Positions 1 to 12,100 of a stretch of 64,000 nucleotides of DNA are shown here, one piece after another (within the stretch, counting starts at the first letter, position 1; each line of letters starts with the position of its first letter). The notes below the pieces were generated by a model. The model was not told where the DNA came from. It searched no databases and was given only the letters and a program-made list of their open reading frames with translations. The DNA lies in assembly GCA_004431415.1 (NCBI GenBank), contig QPMI01000684.1:1-64000 (forward strand), written 5' to 3'. The DNA is from Cyanophora paradoxa CCMP329 (taxonomy: Eukaryota; Plantae; Glaucophyta). The position numbers were made by a program, and so were the translations under genes.

Positions 1-740
1 GCTCAGGTTGGCGCCCCGCGCCCCCACCGCCGCCCCCGCCCCCGCCACCGTCGGCGCCGTCAGCGTCACTGCCGGGGGCGGCGGCGTGAGCGGAGGCAAG
101 GCTAGGGGGCGGGGCCGGGGCGGACGGGCGCGGTAGGAGGCCTCGAAGCCGGCGTCGACGCCGGCGGCGTCGGAGGAGAAGGCGACGAGCAGCGCCCCGC
201 CCGAGCTCGTGAACCGCAGCGACGCCAGCTCCGGCACCCCGCTCGCCCGCCCCAGCAGCCGCCCCGCGTCCGCCTCGGACCCGTCGTACACCTGCCGCCC
301 CGCCCCGCTCGCCGGCTCCCGGTGCGGGGCGGCGGGGGGCGGGCGGACGGAGACGAAGTCGAAGCCGGCCTCGGTGCGGAAGGACGTGAACCAGAGGAAG
401 ACGCGCTGGCCCGCCGGCGCCGCGATCCGCCTGCGTGGCCGCCGTCACGCGGGCGGCCGCGGGCGGGCGCCGGCGCGCGTGCGGCGGGGCACCACTCGCG
501 GCTCGAGGCGGGGGCGTAGTTGGCGGCGGGCCCGGAGCCGTCGTGGAAGGACTGGGGGGAGGGGCCGGCGGCAAGCTCGAGGCGCTGGCCCCGCGCCGCC
601 CCCGCCAGCAGCGCCACCAGCAGCGCCGCCAGCAGCGCCGCCCCCCGCCGCCCCCGCTGCGCACGAGCCTCGGAGATCAGAGCGAGCGCGAGCGCCGCGG
701 ACGCGCAGGCTCTGCAGCGTGGCCGGTTCTGGGCACATGG
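1..740 (-). CDS. 5' part of a secreted or cell-surface CUB-domain protein (multi-exon, runs off the left edge)
   Basis: A signal-peptide-like segment (AALLAALLVALLAGAARG) is followed by exons that join into a CUB consensus: FHDGSGPAANYAPASSREW / IAAPAGQRVFLWFTSFRTEAGFDFVS / VYDGSEADAGRLLGRASG...FTSSGGALLVAFSSDAAGVDAGFEASY. The exact start codon was not resolved. Confidence 0.75.
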
Positions 741-2496
741 CCTTCCAGAAGAGACCTCGACGCACCGGGGCGCGGGGTTCCGACTCCGCGGCAGCAACGC
801 CGCCAGCGCGACGCAGGCAACTAGATCTAGACCGCGCCGACGGTGCTCGGAGACGAGCCCGACGGTGGTCGCGACAGGGCGGCCAGACCGACACGCCGCG
901 GTCGCCCTCGGGCCGCTCGTGCGGCCCACGCCCGCTGCTCATGGCACAGTAACGAGCCTCGGAGGAGCTAGCTAAGGGGAGTCAAACACGCTCTCATCGC
1001 CGCCGCGGCCGAAGCGATCTCTGTCGCTCGGAGCAGCCCGCCACGTGCTCCATCAGTCGATGTCTGCGCCGAGCTCAAGCTAAAGCTTGGGTTTGCGAGT
1101 TGGCCGTTTAATTGGGGCGCGCATAGCGCTTCCGCGTGCGCATCCGACGGCCGCCGGGCTGCAGCCGCTGAGCAGCTGCGCATGCAGGCCCAGCAGCAGA
1201 TTTTGAGCTTCTGCTGCTGCCGCAGTGCAGCTGCTGCTGGTCCGGTATGGTGCGGCTGGCACTGGCTGCAAGCCCATGCAAGGCAGGCGTTACCACAAGA
1301 AACGAGTACCCGTACCGGTCATCATCTATGATGTCATCTATGATCTATGATGAATGATTACCGTTTGGAGTCTTCAAACCGTTTTTTTGTGGACGCGTTA
1401 CGCTGCTTATGCATGCAGGCTTAATATAAGCTTTAGCTTGATGCAGCTCCGCCGTGCCCTCCAAGTTGCAATTGCAATATTAATTGCCTCCAACTGGTGC
1501 GGTCTCCGACGCGTTTCGGCGTCGCCTGGCAATATATTCGCGCCAATTTGGCCAGGGTATGCAGGCGTTCTGCCGCAGTGCCGGCCGTCTTGGGCACTGC
1601 AATAACATCGCGCTATAGCTACGTCAACGTTTACTTCCAGCGCGCCGCGCAGTACAGTCACTGAGTGTCGGCGCAGCCCACGAGTCGGGCCACGACGCGT
1701 TGCCTGGACATGTTGGCGCCGATTTGGCCAGGCTTTGCAGGCGTTCTGACGGCCGTCTCGGGGACTGAAATTACATCGATACGGAGCCTCGAATTCGAAT
1801 TCGAAAAGCCGGAGGGGCCGCTCGGACCTTGCGAGCGAAGCGACCATGCACGAGCGCCCACATGCATATGTCGCGTCCTCTCCACTAGCAATGCAGCCGT
1901 CTCCCTTTGTGTCGGCGTCGACGGCACTTGATGTGGAAGAGTGTCGCTTAGATTTTGCGGTACGAGCATCCATGTCCAGTTTTTCGTGTCGACCGTACGC
2001 GTCGCCGGTCCGTCGGACGTCATGATCATTCAATGCGGAACTCCAGGAGATCCGTAAAGTCGCTTAGATTTTGCTTTGCGAGTATCGAATAATAATATTG
2101 ATGGGTTCGACATGGTAGGAGCTCGAGGTCTAAATCTGGAGGGGCTGAGGGGCTAGTTCGGCGAAGCGGGGGCGGGGGCCCGGGGCCCGGATCGAGTCTA
2201 GAGGTCGAGCTCGTCGAGGCCGGCGTCGCCCCCGAACTCCTCCCCGTCCCCGTCCCCGCCCTCCAGGTCCACCTCCTCCCCGCCCTCTCCCTCCTCCCGC
2301 CCCTCCTGCCGCACGCGTACGCGTCAGGCTCACCGGGCCGGGCTGAAGCAGAAAGCCACAATCATCTCTAAATATGATGCGCCTTCTGCCGCACCCACTG
2401 GTCGAACGCTCGGGCGGCAGCAAAGCCAACAGCTGCGGCCCCCACCCCCGTCGCGAGCAGCGAGGGCGCCGCGCCGCCCCCCAGCACCTGCGAAAA

Positions 2497-5400
2497 TCAC
2501 ATGGAGCCAGCCACGTGAGTGCGCTCGGTCAGCAACACAAATCTAGAAAGCAATGCGGGCCGGGTCGGGCGGGCGCGGACCGCTACGGCGGAGTGCGGGC
2601 CGAAGGAGCCTCTCGCGTCGTCGTCGGCGGAGCGGGAGACGGAGAGCGGGTGCACAAGCACCGCCGGCGACCCCGCCCTACCCGCCCCTTCGTTGCCTTC
2701 GCCGGCGGCGGCGGCGGCGCGGGAGCGGCTGCGGGCCTCGAGGGCGGCCTCGGCGACGCCGGGGCGGGCCGGCTCGAGCTCTTCGGCGTGCACGCGCCCG
2801 AACGCGCGGCACGGCCGGCACGTGACGAGGCGGAAGAGGTGGCGCAGGATGCGCCCCACGCGGGCCGCCGCGACAGCGAGCAGGCGCCGCTCCGCGCGGA
2901 TCTGGTTCGCCACCGCCAGGCCCACCGACGAGGCCTGCTCCCGCGCCCCGCGCCCCGCGCCCCGCTCAACCCTCGCGCGCAGGGCGGCGGGGCGGCGGGG
3001 TCGTGGCGGGGGCGCACGGAGAGGAAGGAGGCGGCGAGGGAGCACTGGCGGAGGGCGGGGGTCTGCGGGTCCCACGCGACCAGCAGCAGCAGGGCCAGCA
3101 GCGCGTTCTGAAAGAGCAGCAGCGCGCCCTGCACCCCGTTCTCCACCCACTCCCTGCCCCGCCCACCACCGAGACCGCCCCACCCGGCCAGTCGGCGAGG
3201 AACCGGGCCCAGGGGCGGGGCGGGCAGGGCGGGGCGGGGCGGGGCGGACCGGAAGGGGGCGGTGCGGATGACGTAGAGGAGCTCGGCGGTGTTGAGCGCC
3301 AGCATTAGCAGCAGCTGCCCTCCCGGTCAACATTTCAGATCCGGCCGGCCACCGGAGGGGCGGACCTGGACGATGACGTAGAGGGCGGCGCGGCGGCTCC
3401 CCGCCGGCGTCTCCTCGGGGTGCGGGTCCGCCACCAGCACTGCCCCCCCGCCCCGCGTCGGCGCGGCCACGGAGGCGGCGGCGGAGGGGCCCGAGCCGGG
3501 CGGGGCGGGCCGGGGCGGGGCAGGCGGACCGACGATGAGACAGGAGAGGGTCTTGCGGACGAGGTCCCAGATCCCGTACCACTTGCCTGAGGGTCGGGAG
3601 GCGCCCGTGAGCGCGAGCCACCCGTCAGACCCAGCCCGCTCGGCGGGGGGCACCGGCGTTGTCGCCGCGGTACATGGCAAAGAAGAGGTCGAAGGACCTG
3701 CCGGTATGGCCCGGCGGGGCGCGGCCGCCCCCGTCAGCGCCCGAGGCGAGCGGGCGCGGGGCGGGCGCGGGGCGAGGGCGCGGAGGGCGCGCCAGAAGAA
3801 GTGGTCGGCGGGCCACCACGCGAAGAGCCGCTCCGTGAACCGCCGCCTCCCGCCCCCGGATGCCCCCGCCCCCGCCCCCGCGGCCCCCGGTACCGGCGCC
3901 CCCGGCGCCTCGGCCTTGAGCGTGGCTTTGGGGTCGTCCGCGTCGCCGTCCGCCCCGGAGCCTAGGCCTGGCCCCGAGCGCCCCCTCCCAGCCGCCTTCG
4001 CCCTCCGCTTCGCGACGGGATCCACGACCCAGACCCCCGACTCAAAGTTCACCCTGCGAGGAATCGGGTCGCGTCGCGATCGGAGGCGCTGCTGCGCGCG
4101 ATCGATATGAAATCGACATCGGCGCACCACGTGTTGATCAGCTTGATGCGGAGCCGCCAGAGGCCGACCGCCGGCTTCGCATCAGTCGGCGGCGGCGCAT
4201 TCGACGTGGGGGCGGTCTTCGCGGGGGCCGGGGCGGGCGGCTTGGGAGCGGCCCCCTTGGAGTTGCGGCGGTGGGCGCGCTGCCCGTGCTCCGCCGCCGC
4301 GGCGGAGGGGCCCCCGACGACGACGCCGGCGCCCCCGCCGCCGCCCCCGCCCCGCCTGGCCTCGGGCGGCAGCTCCAACACCTGCGCACGCGCCCGGCGG
4401 CGGCGGATCGGAGCGCGATTCGCATCGGGGGGCCAAGGGCCGGGAAGGCGGGCGGGCGGGCGGGCACCTCGAGGTCGCTGGGCTCGCCGTCGGCCTCGTC
4501 GTCGGAGCGTTTCAGCTTCGGCGGCAGCCGCGACCGCCCGTCCTGCCCCGGCCCCGCGCTTTCGAGCTCCCCCGCCGTCGCCTGCAGCGCACCCGCCTCC
4601 TGCGCGCGCCCCGGGCGACGCTCATGCTTGAGCGCCGGCGGCAGTGGCGCTCACAGCGGCGGAGGCGGCGGCGGCGCCGCGAAGAGGCCGCACCTGGACG
4701 GTCGCGGGCACCCGGGGGCTCCCTTTGGCGAATTTGAAGCTCGACTGAGCCGACGTGACCAGATTCGCTAGGGACGCCGGCCGCGTGCCCCCCACCCCTG
4801 CCTCGCTCCTCTCCGGATACGCCCGCCCTGCCGGCCCCGCGGCCGCGGCCGAGGTCCCCTCGCGAGGGGGCAGCGCCGCGGCGGAATTGGTGCCGGCGGG
4901 GCGCCTGGCGGCGATGACGTCGCGGGCGGTGCGGCGCCAGCGGGCGCGGCCGGCGGCGACGGTGGCGAAGTCGAGGGCGCGGCGGAGCTCCTCGACGTCC
5001 CGCTCGCGGTCCTCGGGGCGGCCGCGCCAGATGCGGCGCCAGTCGGGGGCCGGCGGGGCAGCCAGCGGACGTGCCGCTCGTGGTCGATGCGGGCGACGAG
5101 CACGGCGGCGATGAGCGCCGTGAAGAGCCCCGCGAACACCGCCTGCCCCCGGCCCGCCCCGCCGCCGCCCGTCAGACGCGAGGGGAGGGCCGGGGGCCGG
5201 GGGCCGGGGGGCGGGGCGGCGGCCCGGGCCGCGGGGGACGGGGCGGACGAGGAGGGCGGTGGCGTAGGTGCGCGCGTCGCCGTTGGCCCGCGCCGACACG
5301 ATCGCCGCGATCGCGAAGCCCTGCTCCGGGGCAGCCGTCAGGCAGAGGCCGCGGTTCGGAGGCGAGGGCGGGGGGCTGGGGGCCGGATATCGATGGCCGC

Positions 5401-6145
5401 GGGCGCGCGCGCCTCGTAGGCCATGAGGAAGCACGAGAGCTGCGGCTTGGGGAACCTGCCCGGGCGCGCGGCACGTGCACGTGCACAGCGCCTCAGGGGG
5501 GGGGGACCTTTCAGCGCCGGCGGGGCCTCAGCGGCGCACGTGAGGATGCGGGGGAGGCCCCTCCGCTTCGCGCTCCTCCGCCGGAAGAAGCGCGTGACGA
5601 CGAACGCCGCCACCTGCGCCGCCGGTGATTGTGATCATGAGGCCAGCCGGTCGCGAGGAGCTCCAGCGTGCGCGTCGGTGGCGCGGGGCGCGGGGCGGGC
5701 CTGGATGACGGAGACGAGGGCGATGAGGAAGGAGGTCCACACGAGGTTCTGCTGCAGGTAGAGCATCCCGTCCTCCCCGCTCACCGCCTCCTGCAGCAGC
5801 CGCCGCCGGCCCGGCGCCGGCCCCCGCGCGCCCCCCGGCGCCGCCAACGGGGACGCGTACGCCGCGTCGCGCGTGATGGCCCACCTGCCGGCCCCTCGCT
5901 CAGCGCGCCCTTCGATTTCGCGCAGCGGACCCCTGGGGGGGGGGGAGGGGGGGGGGGGGGGCGCACTGGTCGGGGTCTGTGCCGAAGAGGCGGAGGAGGA
6001 AGCGGGGGATGCCCGAGGGGCTCTCCCCGCGGCGCCACCACTGGCCCCAGTAGAAGAGCGACCAGTCGACCGAGGCCGCCGTCGCGTTGTACCCCGCCGG
6101 CAGCTCCATGTCCAGGAACTGCGTCTTCGCCGCGAACTGCGGCAA
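2497..6145 (-). CDS. C-terminal multi-pass transmembrane region, TRP/Flc(Pkd2)-like, with a cytoplasmic low-complexity insert
   Basis: Spliced hydrophobic helices: LVWTSFLIALVSVIQVAAFVVTRFF, FPKPQLSCFLMAYEGFAIAAIVS, FAGLFTALIAAVLVA. Later come FDLFFAMYR, WYGIWDLVRKTLSCLIVG, MLALNTAELLYVIRTAPF and ENGVQGALLLFQNALLALLLL, the motif order of TRP-like (PF06011-type) C-termini. Confidence 0.65.
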
Positions 6146-9100
6146 CCGATCTCAGAGGCGTTTCTTTGTGCGTGTGGCGGGCCGGGGCGGTGCCACGGTG
6201 GCAAGCTCGAGGGCGGGGACGGACCTGAGCCTGGCCGAGGACGCCCCCCGCGCCGAAGGTGGCCCCGCCTGCAGCCGACGCTGCGACCGACGCGCCGACG
6301 CTCACTGCCACCGCCGCCTGCGCACTCCCCCCGTCAGGTCGATCTAGGGCGGGCCCACTCCAGTGCAATTCCCGATGCTCTCGCACCGCGATGGCCTGCG
6401 CGACGCGCTCGCCGATGGCCTCGTCGTCCGCCCCCGGTGGCGCCAGGCCTGCCGCGAAATTCGCGCACACGAGACTCGGGCGCCGGCCGGCGCGAAGACG
6501 CAGCGGAACTACGGGAGGGTGCACCCTCGCAGACGATCTGGGCGAGGCTGACGGCGGCGCGCTCGACCTCGTCGCGGAGCTCGAGGGTGACGGGGATCGC
6601 GTTCGTCGCGTTGTCGGGCGTCACCAGCTCCCGGAAGAGCCCGAAGCCGCCCCCGAAGGCGTACCCATCCGCCACCGCCGGCACCGCGTACACCTGCCGC
6701 GTAAACCGGATCGCGATCGCGAGGGGACCCGAAGGGGAAGGGGCGGGGCCGGTTTGGGGCGCACGTTGCTGCGGCGCCTGGCGGCGGCGCTGGCGTTGCG
6801 GGCGCGGTCGGCGTCGAGCGGCTCGTCGAAGGCGGCGAGCACGATCGAGCGGACGACGCCCCGGCGCGCCCCCGCCTCCGCCGCCCCGCGCGCCACCTCC
6901 AGCGCCCGCCCCACCAGCCGCGGCGCAGTCGCGTCCAGCCCCTGCAGCTGCCCTCGCGTCCGTTGGGCAAGACTCGACTTCATTCCACCTATTCGTGCGC
7001 ACGGTGGCGTGGAGCCTGCCGGCGAGGAGGGCGTCGTAGACGGCCTTGGCCTCGGCGCGCGCGATGGCGATGCTCGCGTTGCCGTCCGGCGCGAGGCTGT
7101 ACGCCACCACGCTCGCGTACGTCTCCGGGCCCTGCCGCCCGCTCTAAATTCAAATCTGGTAGCGGGCGATGGCGAACCTGGAGCCAGAAGGGCCGCAGGA
7201 GCTGAGCGAAAAATCCCACAATCGTCGAGAACGATCTGGGACCGGTGCTTCGAGGTCAGCCCCTCTGCAGCCGCAGGGCGCCTTTTATGCGGGTCTCCGG
7301 CGCACGACTGCAGCGCCGCGGTGTCGATCGCAAACTGCGCGCTCGAGCTCAGCAGCGAGCTCGAGGCGGCGCGCGGTGAATCGGAGGGGACGGATAAGCG
7401 GGGTGCCGCACCACGAGGTCTTTCGCCACGTTGCAGCTGTGAAAGAGGTTGACAATCAGGTCCGATGCGCTCTTAGCATAGCGCGAAGGTCACCTGTACT
7501 CGTCGACGACCTGGGTGTGCACATTTAAAGCATCAGCGAAGGGCGGAGCCTCGCAACGCAAAGCAAGCGCACGTGGAGCGTGAGCGTCTCCGATTGCGAG
7601 TACAGATTTTCGTCGTCGAGCGCTGTTTAATTTGTGGCGTTCACAACGAGCCGAAAGTTATTGCAAACTCACAATTGCAATGCGATCGATCTGCTGCTCT
7701 GGACCGGATTGCGCACCGATGGCGTGGACGGTGTAGTTGCCGGGCCGCAGGCCGTCGAGTCGGACGGTTGCGGTCGCGGATGACTGCTGCACCCCGTCCA
7801 GGTACCTGCCGCGAATTCGGATCTGAAACACTTCGCGCACGAGGGCGCGCGCTGCGCACCACTCGTAGGCCTGAATAACGCCGGGGGCGGGGTCGGCCGC
7901 GATGGCCTCGACCGTCGCTGTTCCGATCTGCGCCGGCGCCGCAGCGTTGCGCGCAGCTGCAAAATCCAAGGGCAGCCGGCAGCGCGATGCGGACCTTGGT
8001 GCGCCGGTCGACGATGATGTAGTTGAACTTGGAGCGGGGCACGATGGCGAGCACCGGCACCCCCGGCGGCTCGTTCTCTGCCGGCCGCAGCCGTCAGCTC
8101 CAGCATTTCCGGCTTCAAATTCCAATCAGCAGCGCACCTCCAACCGCCTGAACGGAGACGGCGATGTTGGTAACGCGGCCCATCCGCAGTGTGAACTGGA
8201 GCAGGCACCGGCCGCGCCGCGCGCCGCCGGTGCCGGCGAGCCTGCGGAACTCGTCGGCCGTGAGCCTCGACAGCTGGTCCGCCACCTCCGCCCCCGTCAT
8301 CCCTGCAGGGCCTGTGAGTGGACGTGGCGGAAGGGCAATTGCAATGTTGGGGGATTTCGAATTCGGGCACCGGGGACCGCGGGAACTTTAGCGGAGACGG
8401 CGCCGAAACCGCCATCGCCCCCGCAGGGGACGGCACGCACGTCGCCGAAGCTCGCGGGGGCGAGAGGCTGCCCGAGGAAGGCCCCGAAGCCGGCCGCGAG
8501 CGCGCCCGCGGCGACCGTCGCGTTGAACGAGGCGGCGACGGCCGCGGCGCCCGCGTCCGTGCACAGCAGCGCCAGCACGGCTGCGAAAGTTGGCGAAAAT
8601 GTCAAACCGGCACGTCTGGAGGCGCCTCGCGCTGGAGCGGGGTGCACTCTTCCTGCCGGTGAGCTGGACAGAGACGAGGGCGGAGGCGCTCTGTCCGAGG
8701 CGGTCCCGCACGGTCAGGCGGAAGGCCGTCCGGCCGACCCGCAGCCGCCGCGCCGCCGTCGCCGCTGCAGACGGGCTCGCAATCACCGCCGGGCGCCGCG
8801 AGTCGCTCGCCGAGACCTGCCGCGGCATTCAGAGCGCGCGGTGGCCGGGCGGCTTGATCATGAGCGGCACGGGGCACCTCCTCCCAGGCGCGGGAGGCGA
8901 CGGGGGTGCCGTCGCAGGCGGCGCTCCCCGCCGAGTCGAGCAGCACCTCCACGCGGCCCATCTCCATCGCCAGCTCCCGCGCTGGGCCTGCGTGCCCATG
9001 CGATAAGATCAGATTCACCAGCGAGGATCGCAAGACATTGACACGGGACGCTTATATGTCTAATTCAATTGCTTACCGATCTTGCCGACGGGGTCAGAGA

Positions 9101-12100
9101 CGCTCGCCACGGCCGTGGGGGGGCGATTAAGGCAGGGATCGGGCTCGGGAGGCGCTGCGAAGCGACGGGACCCGTCAGCGGTCGTGCGTGCGTCTGTTTC
9201 GACGAACACAATGCGAAACAAAGCGGGCGCACGGGGCTTGAGCTCGAAGGCGGCGCTCTGGTTGCGGACGCCGGCGAGGGCGACCTCAACGCGGTACCGG
9301 CCCGGCGCCAGCTGCCCGGGGACCGCCCAGTCGACACTCTCCTCGACCACACCCCGTGCAATTACCTTCGCGCGCCCAGTGATTATGAGCGGATGCAGAT
9401 CTGGACGTTTATCCGACGTGGAATTGTATCATACCTCGACGAGGGCGCTCGATTCCGCAGCGACGAGAGCGACGTCCGCGCCGGCAGCGCCGTCGGCGTC
9501 CTCCCACGCGATCCCCGACGCCCGCCACGTGATTCTGACGCGAGCGTCAGATTAAGAAGCTTCAGCGCGCATTGCACCTTGAATTGAACTCGAATTTCGG
9601 CAATCTCGCACCGAAACTGCTGGCCCGGGAGGAGGACGGGGACGGGGCCGACGTCGAGGCGGGGCCGGGCGGGGTTGGCGACTGCGAAGGACCGGCTGGT
9701 GCTGCTCAGCGCCCCGCCCCCGACCGCCACCTCCACCGAGTACTCGCCCGCCGGCACCTCCGGCCCCACCGTGTACGCGTAGCTCCCCGTATTCGGCGCC
9801 GCCTCCGCGATTGTCTAGCCCCGCAAACTCAGGAGGAACCCGCGGCCGGCGATTTTCGCGTGGTGATTTCGCACCCTGAGGCGGCCGGCGGAGTCGACGA
9901 GGCGAATGGAGGCGGCGAGGGCGGCCACATTGGCGAAGTCCCAGCGGATGGGCACCCGGGCGCCGACCGAGTAGCCCGTGCGCCCGTCGGGCAGCCGAAC
10001 CACCAGGTACGCTGCCGGCACCTGCCGCAAATATCAAACCAAGGCAGTGCGCGCCTCGCGTGAGCGGGCGCCGCGCTCCGCGAAAATCGCTACTAGCCCT
10101 CGCTGAAGGCGCCCACGTCCTCGAAATAGCCACCACTGCCCGCGAAAAAGCCTACAGCTACCGCCCCGCGCTCCGTCCTCTCCGCGAAAAGCCCTATTCG
10201 ATACCGGCCGCCCTACTGCCAATCGCTAAAATCGCCGCCTTCCTTGAATCAAGCCCAGGCCAGGGCTCCCCCCACGGTAAAAATGCCGACGGTCCGGTAG
10301 GGTCCGAAAGTACGTATACGAATCCGGAGGCGCACCTCGAGGAGGACCTCGGTGGAGGCGGAGCGGACGGGCCGGCCGGCCGCCTGCGCGCTGATCTCGA
10401 AGAAGAAGAGGCCGGTGCCCAGCGAGGGTGCCGGCGTGAATGTGAAGCTTCCCGAGTTCTCCCGCACGCACACCTGCCCGCGGGCCCGCCGCCCGCCCGG
10501 TCACGCGAGTTCGAGCGCTAGCCCTAGGCTGTTCGAATTCGGCGTGCTCGGCTTCTCACCGGCATCGGCTTTCCGACGGCAACGTTCGTGATGGTGACCT
10601 GTACCATCGCGCTCCGCGGCACGCCGGCGCTCGCCCAGCGGATCGTGTACGGCCGCCCCACGTACAGCTTCGGCTGCTCGACGGTGCCCAGCAGCGGCGC
10701 CGGCGCACGAAACACGAAGCCCGCTGCGGAGGAACGTCGACTCAGCAAAAAAGCAATCGCAGTCCAGCTGTAGGCCTAGGGCCTCCGAATCAGAACGCAC
10801 GCTCGCAGGACCCGCCGATGCAGAATGGGTCCGTCTGCCCGACCACAGCGTCGGACGGGATCTCGGCCTGCGCGTGCACGAGGGCGCTCGCGCTCGGTTG
10901 GGTTGCAGAAGAAAGGAAAGAAGAGGGAGGCGCCTGGAGAACGTAGAGGCCGGCCTTGAGTGAGTCGGGCAGGCGCCAGATGAAGTCGCCGAAGAGGGTG
11001 CGGGCCGCCCCGGGGCCCGGGCCGCTGGCGGGCGCGAGGAGGCTGCGACGGCGGCGGACCTCGACGGTGGCGTTGCCGCCGGAGGCCGAGAGGCGGAGGA
11101 GGGGGGCGACGGGGGCGGCGGGGGAGGCGTCGGGGAAGCGGAGGAGGGAGAGGCGGGCGAGGGAAGTCGCCGCCCCCGGCGTCGGGTTCGACGAGGCCAC
11201 CGTCTGCCCGGGACCGAAGGCCTCGTGAGCAAATTAAACGGCATCGAGCAGAGCCGGAGAAGGCGCGCGCACCAGCGGGCGCTCCTCGCCGGGCTGCCAG
11301 GAGGACTCGGCCGTCGGCCCCTCGACCCAGACGCTGTACGGCGCGACCGTGAACGCGTCGGACTCGGCCGAGGCCGAGGCGCCCCCGGCGGAGCTCGAGG
11401 CGACGGTGAGGCGGAGAAAGAGGGGCGCGGCGGCGGCGACGTCGACGTCGACGGTCCACACGAGGGATCCCGAGGAGGTCGACCGCGTCCCGTTGGCGAC
11501 ACGCTGCGCCGGGACTGGAAGTGAGCCGGAGCGGAGCGGAGCGAGGCACCGGGCGGAAGACGAAGATCGCGAGGGCGGCGGACCTGGACGAAGGAGCCGG
11601 CGGAGGCGTCGAGCAGGTCGACCGCGACGGCGTGCGGGGGCGGCAGGCCCCGCGTCGTCCACTCCAGCCGCAGCGCCGCCCCCGCCAGCACCGGCCCGCC
11701 GGCCGCGAGCGCCGGCGCCGAGAGGGCGACGGCGGGGGCGACGGTCTCGAGGACGCGGGCCGACTCGCCGGCGACGACGCTGAAGAGCTCGCTCTCCAGG
11801 AGCAGCGGCCCCGCGGCGCGGCCCGAGAGGGACACGACGACCTGGTAGAGGCCGGGCGGGCTGAAGCGGGGCAGCGCCGCGAGGCAGGCCCCGCCGTTTG
11901 CGCCGCTGCAGACCTCCACGGGGCCCATGGAGCCGTCCACGGGGAACGCGGTGACGGAGGCGGAGTCAAACAGGGCGGCGTCGGAGGCCCAGGAGGCGCG
12001 GATCGGCCCGCCGGCCACCAGCACCGTCCCCGCCGTCGGGTACAGCACCTGCGCCGGCAGGTCCGCCGCCCTCGGGGCCGGGAAGTAGGGCGCCGTGGCG

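Noticed and set aside
5933-5961. Long G run as a functional G-quadruplex
   Set aside because: It lies in a C-rich intron of the minus-strand gene, where such tracts are common, and homopolymer length is unreliable.
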